Below, one piece after another: positions 23,287 through 27,137 of a DNA stretch of 27,137 nt; the first letter of the stretch is position 1, and every line of letters starts with the position of its first letter. The position numbers were made by a program, and so were the translations under genes. The DNA lies in the IMG/VR virus record IMGVR_UViG_3300032332_000598, positions 1-27,137 of that record; one strand, 5' to 3'. A model generated the notes under the pieces. That model saw only the letters and a list, made by a program, of their open reading frames with translations. It did no database searches and was not told the origin of the DNA. Source of the stretch: a virus. Taxonomy: Duplodnaviria; Caudoviricetes.

Positions 23287-24255
23287 ATGCTTTTGGAAAC
23301 ATATAGTCAAGCCCATATGAGGGCTATTATTCGTGCGTTAGGCGTGGATGTAGTTGGTGAAACATCAAATGATTTTTTGTGCCTATGTCCTTTTCATGGT
23401 AATAGGAATACCCCATCATTTTCAATTAGCCATACAAAAGGTTTATATTTATGTTTTAATCCATCATGTGGAGTAAGCGGTAATATTGTAGAACTTGTCA
23501 AAGAACTTTCACAAAGAAATGATTTTGAGGCTTTACGATTTATTATTACTCTTCAACAGGAATCTGCAGGAAGTTTTGAAGATGAACTTGCATCTCTCCT
23601 AGAGGATAAGCCAGATTTTAAAGAATTTCCACAAGAAAAACTTGATGAACTTTACAATTCAATTGATGATAGATCAGTATCATACTTTGAATCACGAGGT
23701 ATTACTAAAAAGGGTATTGACCATTTTCGATTAGGATATTCAAAGAGTCAGGATATGGTAATTGTACCCATTCATTCCCCAGATGGAATGCCAGTTGGAT
23801 TAGTTGGAAGATCAATCGAAGGTAAATCTTTTAAAAATTCCACTAATCTTCCACGAAGTAAAACCATGTTTAATATTCATCGTGCCAAGCGTGAGGGTGG
23901 AACAATAATTATTGTTGAATCATCATTTGATGCTATTCGTTTCTTTGAGGCAGGATTTCCAAATGCTGTTGCTACTCTTGGTGGACACCTATCAAATGAG
24001 AATATTGAAAATTTAAATAGGTATGCTTCTAAAATTATTATTGCAACGGATATGGATGAGGCTGGTAGAAAATTAGGTAAGGAACTTGCCTATAAATTAA
24101 AGAACAAAGAAGTACTTTGGGCTTCCTACGACAAGGGAGTTATTTATCCACATGATGCTAAAGACATTGGAGATATGACAAATGAAGAAATTGTTCAATG
24201 CATTAATAATGCAGTAAGCCATTTTGAGTATGTAAATGCCCTTGACGGCAATTAA
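23287..24255 (+). CDS. dnaG: DNA primase (CHC2 zinc finger + TOPRIM)
   Basis: CPFH...CFNPSC zinc finger, YFESRGI, GRSI, and TOPRIM motifs IIIVESSFDA and ATDMDEAG. Confidence 0.92.
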   Translation: MLLETYSQAHMRAIIRALGVDVVGETSNDFLCLCPFHGNRNTPSFSISHTKGLYLCFNPSCGVSGNIVELVKELSQRNDFEALRFIITLQQESAGSFEDELASLLEDKPDFKEFPQEKLDELYNSIDDRSVSYFESRGITKKGIDHFRLGYSKSQDMVIVPIHSPDGMPVGLVGRSIEGKSFKNSTNLPRSKTMFNIHRAKREGGTIIIVESSFDAIRFFEAGFPNAVATLGGHLSNENIENLNRYASKIIIATDMDEAGRKLGKELAYKLKNKEVLWASYDKGVIYPHDAKDIGDMTNEEIVQCINNAVSHFEYVNALDGN

Positions 24256-24270
24256 TAAAGATGGTATAAT
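24242..24270 (+). promoter_or_regulatory. Strong sigma70-type promoter TTGACG-17-(TGG)TATAAT
   Basis: Near-consensus -35, 17-bp spacer and extended -10, upstream of the SSB gene. Confidence 0.8.
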
Positions 24271-24318
24271 AGAAACATAGGGCATAATACAGCCCAAATA
24301 TATTAGGAGATATACATT

Positions 24319-24987
24319 ATGGCAATTATTACAGGTCTGGCTGCTTTGAATGCAGCATTAGATAAGCCTCAAACTTCTGAGGCAGGTAAAGGTCGTTGGC
24401 TTAAATTGGCTGACAGCGAAAGTGTTAAAATTAGGTTCCTGCAAGAACTAGACCCAGATTCACCAGAATATAGCGAGAAGGGTGGTTTAGGATTTATTGC
24501 AGTTGAGCATACAAATCCAAAGGATTACCGCCGTAAGGCTTTGTGTTCTGCTGACGATCAAGGTCGTTGCTTTGGTTGCGAAATGCACCGAAAAGATATG
24601 AAGGCAGGATGGAAAGGTCGTTCACGACTTTACATGAATGTACTTGTAGATGATGGAAAAGAAGATCCATATGTGGCAATCTTTTCTCAGGGCGGTGGAC
24701 CAAAATCCGCTACACCAGAAATCATCCAATACGCAGGTGAAACTGGTGCTATCACCAATGTCACATGGCGCTTGAAGCGCACAGGAGAGAAGACAGATAC
24801 TAATTACAGTATTATCCCTCTTCCAACTAAGGACATGAAGCCTATCGATTTTGATAGCCTTGAAATGTTCGAACTTGAAAAGGTTGCAGTTCGTGATGTA
24901 CCTTATGCAGAACAAGAAGCGTTCTACTTTGGTCACACATCAGATGATTCAGCAGAGTCAGCAACTTCCTCTAGCGTAGAGTGGTAA
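24319..24987 (+). CDS. Single-stranded DNA-binding protein (T4 gp32-like)
   Basis: WLKLADSESVKIRFL, candidate His/Cys zinc ligands, RLYMNVLV, LKRTGEKTDTNYS, and an acidic C-terminal tail ending in W. AGGAG SD. Confidence 0.75.
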   Translation: MAIITGLAALNAALDKPQTSEAGKGRWLKLADSESVKIRFLQELDPDSPEYSEKGGLGFIAVEHTNPKDYRRKALCSADDQGRCFGCEMHRKDMKAGWKGRSRLYMNVLVDDGKEDPYVAIFSQGGGPKSATPEIIQYAGETGAITNVTWRLKRTGEKTDTNYSIIPLPTKDMKPIDFDSLEMFELEKVAVRDVPYAEQEAFYFGHTSDDSAESATSSSVEW

Positions 24988-24998
24988 AAAATGTTAGA

Positions 24999-25029
24999 CT
25001 AGGGGTGGTTGTTTATCAGCCACCCCTAG
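24999..25029 (+). terminator. Stem-loop between SSB and dnaE
   Basis: CTAGGGGTGGTTG-TTTAT-CAGCCACCCCTAG forms a 13-bp stem with one U-G pair and a weak ATTATTT tail. Confidence 0.65.
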
Positions 25030-25048
25030 CATTATTTCAGGAGAAAAC

Positions 25049-27137
25049 TTGTCAGATTTAGTACACCTACATGTACATAGCCATTATAGTCTTATGGATG
25101 GGTTATGTTCCCCAGAAGAATTGATGATTGCAGCAAAAGATTTAGGTCAAACTGCAGTTGCAATTACTGACCACGGAACATTATCTGGTCACAGAGATTT
25201 ACAAAAAGCAGCCAAGGAATTAGGTCTAAAGCCCATACTTGGCTTAGAGGCATATATCTCAGAGACTGATAGATTTGATAAGCGAGATGTAAAACTTCGT
25301 GATGATAATACTCAAGTATTTAACCACATCATTATTCTTGCTAAGAATCAAAATGGGCTTAAGAATTTACAAAGACTTTCAGAAATTGCATGGACTGAAG
25401 GATATTATCGCAAACCTCGTATTGACTTAGAAGTGCTTGACCAATATGGTGATGATCTTATTGTTCTTTCTGGATGTCTAAACGGACTTATCTGCAAAGC
25501 ATTTGATAGAGGTCAAGATGAGCGTGCTGAAGAATTAGCAAGATGGTTTCAAAAGCGTTTTAATGGTGACTTTTATATGGAAGTTCAACCACACAATCCA
25601 GTTGAAGTTAATACTAAACTCCTAGATTTAGCAGATAAACTTGGAATTAAATCAGTTACAACATCAGATTGTCATTATGCAACACATGACCAAAAGGCTC
25701 TAGAAGAGACACTTCTTATTCTATCAACTAAGCCAAATATGAATAAAGAAACTGATTATTCAAAAGCAAAAGCAAAGGGTGACATATTTGCTAGACTTAA
25801 CGATCTTTATCCAGATCGCCCAATTTCTTTTGAAGAGATTGATGTATACTTACAAAACTTAGAAGATGTATCTGCTTGGTATAAAAAGGCTGGAATTACT
25901 CGTACAGATATCTATGAAAATACTATAGAAATTGCAGATAAAATTGGTGACTATGAATATTATGAGGGATTATCGCTTCTCCCTAAACCTAAAAAAGATG
26001 CACACAAGCAATTAGAAGATATGTGTACACATGCTCTTATGATTAAGGGTCTTGAAAATGAACAATATATCTCTAGATTAAATGAAGAATTAGATGTAAT
26101 TAAATCTAAAGATTTTTCATCATACTTCCTTGTAGTATCTGATATGATTAATTGGGCTAAAGATAATGATATTTTTGTTGGTCCAGGTCGTGGTTCTGCT
26201 GCAGGTTCGCTGGTATGCTATCTGCTTGGAATTACAGAAGTAGATCCAATTCAGTATGACCTACTTTTCTTTAGATTTATTAATCCAGAGCGTAATGACT
26301 TTCCAGATATTGATACAGACTTTATGGATAGACGGCGTGGTGAGGTAAAAGATTACTTACGAAAAAAGTTTAAGAATGTTGCCTCTATTTCTACATATCA
26401 GTATTTCAAAGATAAAGGTGTAGTACGAGATGTTGCTCGTGTATTTGGCATCCCGCTTGGTGAGGTAAATAAGGCTCTTAAGGGTATTGAGACATTTGAA
26501 GATTTTGAAGTTAATCCTAATGCTGCATGGTTCCGTGAGAAATATCCAGAAGTTGTAGATTATGCAAATAAATTGCGTGGTCGTATTCGCGGTGTCGGTA
26601 TTCATGCTGCAGGTGTTGTTGTGGCTAATCAGCCTATTTCAGATTTTGCTCCAATTGAAACACGCTCTGACCCATCAGATAAAGTATCTGGTCGTATTCC
26701 TGCAATTGGATATGATATGGATCAGGCTGCAGACATTGGTCTTATTAAATTAGATGTATTGGGTCTAAAGACCCTATCAGTAATTCAAGATACATTAAAT
26801 ATGATTGAAGACCGTCATAATACAAAGATTAAACTAAAAGACATTCCTCTGGATGATAAAAAAATTTATAAAGATTTATCTAATGGATTTACAAAAGGAG
26901 TATTTCAGGCTGAAGCAACTCCATATACAAACTTATTAATTAAAATGGGCGTAGATTCCTTTGAAGATCTTGCTGCATCAAATGCTCTAGTTAGACCAGG
27001 TGCTATGAATACTGTAGGTGCTGCATATATTGCTCGTAAAAATGGTTCAGAAATGGTTGAATATGTTCATCCAATTATGCAACAATTTACTAAAAATACC
27101 TATGGCGTTATTATCTATCAAGAGCAGGTTATGCAAG
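25049..27137 (+). CDS. dnaE: DNA polymerase III alpha subunit (DnaE-type), 3'-truncated by the window
   Basis: TTG start after AGGAG. PHP-domain motifs HLHVHSHYSLMDG, AITDHG and DCHY; catalytic region GPGRGSAAGS and FPDIDTDF; HAAGVVV, KLDVLGL, GVFQ and IIYQEQVM. The first and last motifs are in the same frame. Missed by the ORF track because there is no stop codon in the window. Confidence 0.96.
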   Translation, partial: MSDLVHLHVHSHYSLMDGLCSPEELMIAAKDLGQTAVAITDHGTLSGHRDLQKAAKELGLKPILGLEAYISETDRFDKRDVKLRDDNTQVFNHIIILAKNQNGLKNLQRLSEIAWTEGYYRKPRIDLEVLDQYGDDLIVLSGCLNGLICKAFDRGQDERAEELARWFQKRFNGDFYMEVQPHNPVEVNTKLLDLADKLGIKSVTTSDCHYATHDQKALEETLLILSTKPNMNKETDYSKAKAKGDIFARLNDLYPDRPISFEEIDVYLQNLEDVSAWYKKAGITRTDIYENTIEIADKIGDYEYYEGLSLLPKPKKDAHKQLEDMCTHALMIKGLENEQYISRLNEELDVIKSKDFSSYFLVVSDMINWAKDNDIFVGPGRGSAAGSLVCYLLGITEVDPIQYDLLFFRFINPERNDFPDIDTDFMDRRRGEVKDYLRKKFKNVASISTYQYFKDKGVVRDVARVFGIPLGEVNKALKGIETFEDFEVNPNAAWFREKYPEVVDYANKLRGRIRGVGIHAAGVVVANQPISDFAPIETRSDPSDKVSGRIPAIGYDMDQAADIGLIKLDVLGLKTLSVIQDTLNMIEDRHNTKIKLKDIPLDDKKIYKDLSNGFTKGVFQAEATPYTNLLIKMGVDSFEDLAASNALVRPGAMNTVGAAYIARKNGSEMVEYVHPIMQQFTKNTYGVIIYQEQVMQ

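Noticed and set aside
303-26753. Minus-strand and short alternate-frame ORFs in the track (e.g. 1868..2170, 5841..6338, 12410..12676, 16891..17316, 26357..26605, 26562..26753)
   Set aside because: They overlap strong + strand genes and are antisense or off-frame shadows of biased codon usage, with no recognisable motifs.
21731-27137. Inteins or introns in the helicase, primase or DnaE
   Set aside because: Lengths and motif spacing are normal, no intein splice-junction or LAGLIDADG motifs were seen, and the dnaE frame is the same at both ends.
1-27137. Stop-codon reassignment
   Set aside because: Genes are full length and densely packed in the standard code, and TAA, TAG and TGA all end genes at sensible positions.
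24988-27137. Apparent 2-kb non-coding gap in the ORF track
   Set aside because: It is the dnaE coding sequence, missed because its stop codon lies beyond the window.

Overview
This is an AT-rich fragment of a large tailed dsDNA phage genome, with all credible genes on the + strand. It holds a long non-contractile (siphovirus-type) tail module at about 1-18.9 kb: neck/terminator genes, major tail protein, frameshifted tail assembly chaperones, a 1842-aa tape measure protein, tail-tip proteins and a tail fibre with an S74-type chaperone. Next come an HNH gene, a metallophosphoesterase and a holin-like gene. A replication module follows: an HTH-like protein, DnaB-like helicase, DnaG-like primase, gp32-like SSB and a DnaE-type polymerase running off the right edge. 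From recall, the gene order resembles large actinobacteriophages (Streptomyces BE/BK-like) and their low-GC environmental relatives; this is inference, not a search result. The most notable observations are four. (1) Two families of ~70-aa Thr/Ser/Gly-rich beta-modules appear grafted in-frame, six times, into loops of four different tail-tip genes. (2) An FN3 domain appears split between two separate genes, a small adaptor and the tail fibre. (3) A hub-like tail gene ends in a 29-aa poly-lysine tail directly before what looks like its own C-terminal half in the -1 frame. (4) There is a canonical -1 frameshift in the chaperone pair and a recurrent TGGTATAAT extended -10 promoter. The ORF track missed four coding regions: the 5' part of the first gene, the frameshifted chaperone extension, a 59-aa ORF and dnaE.
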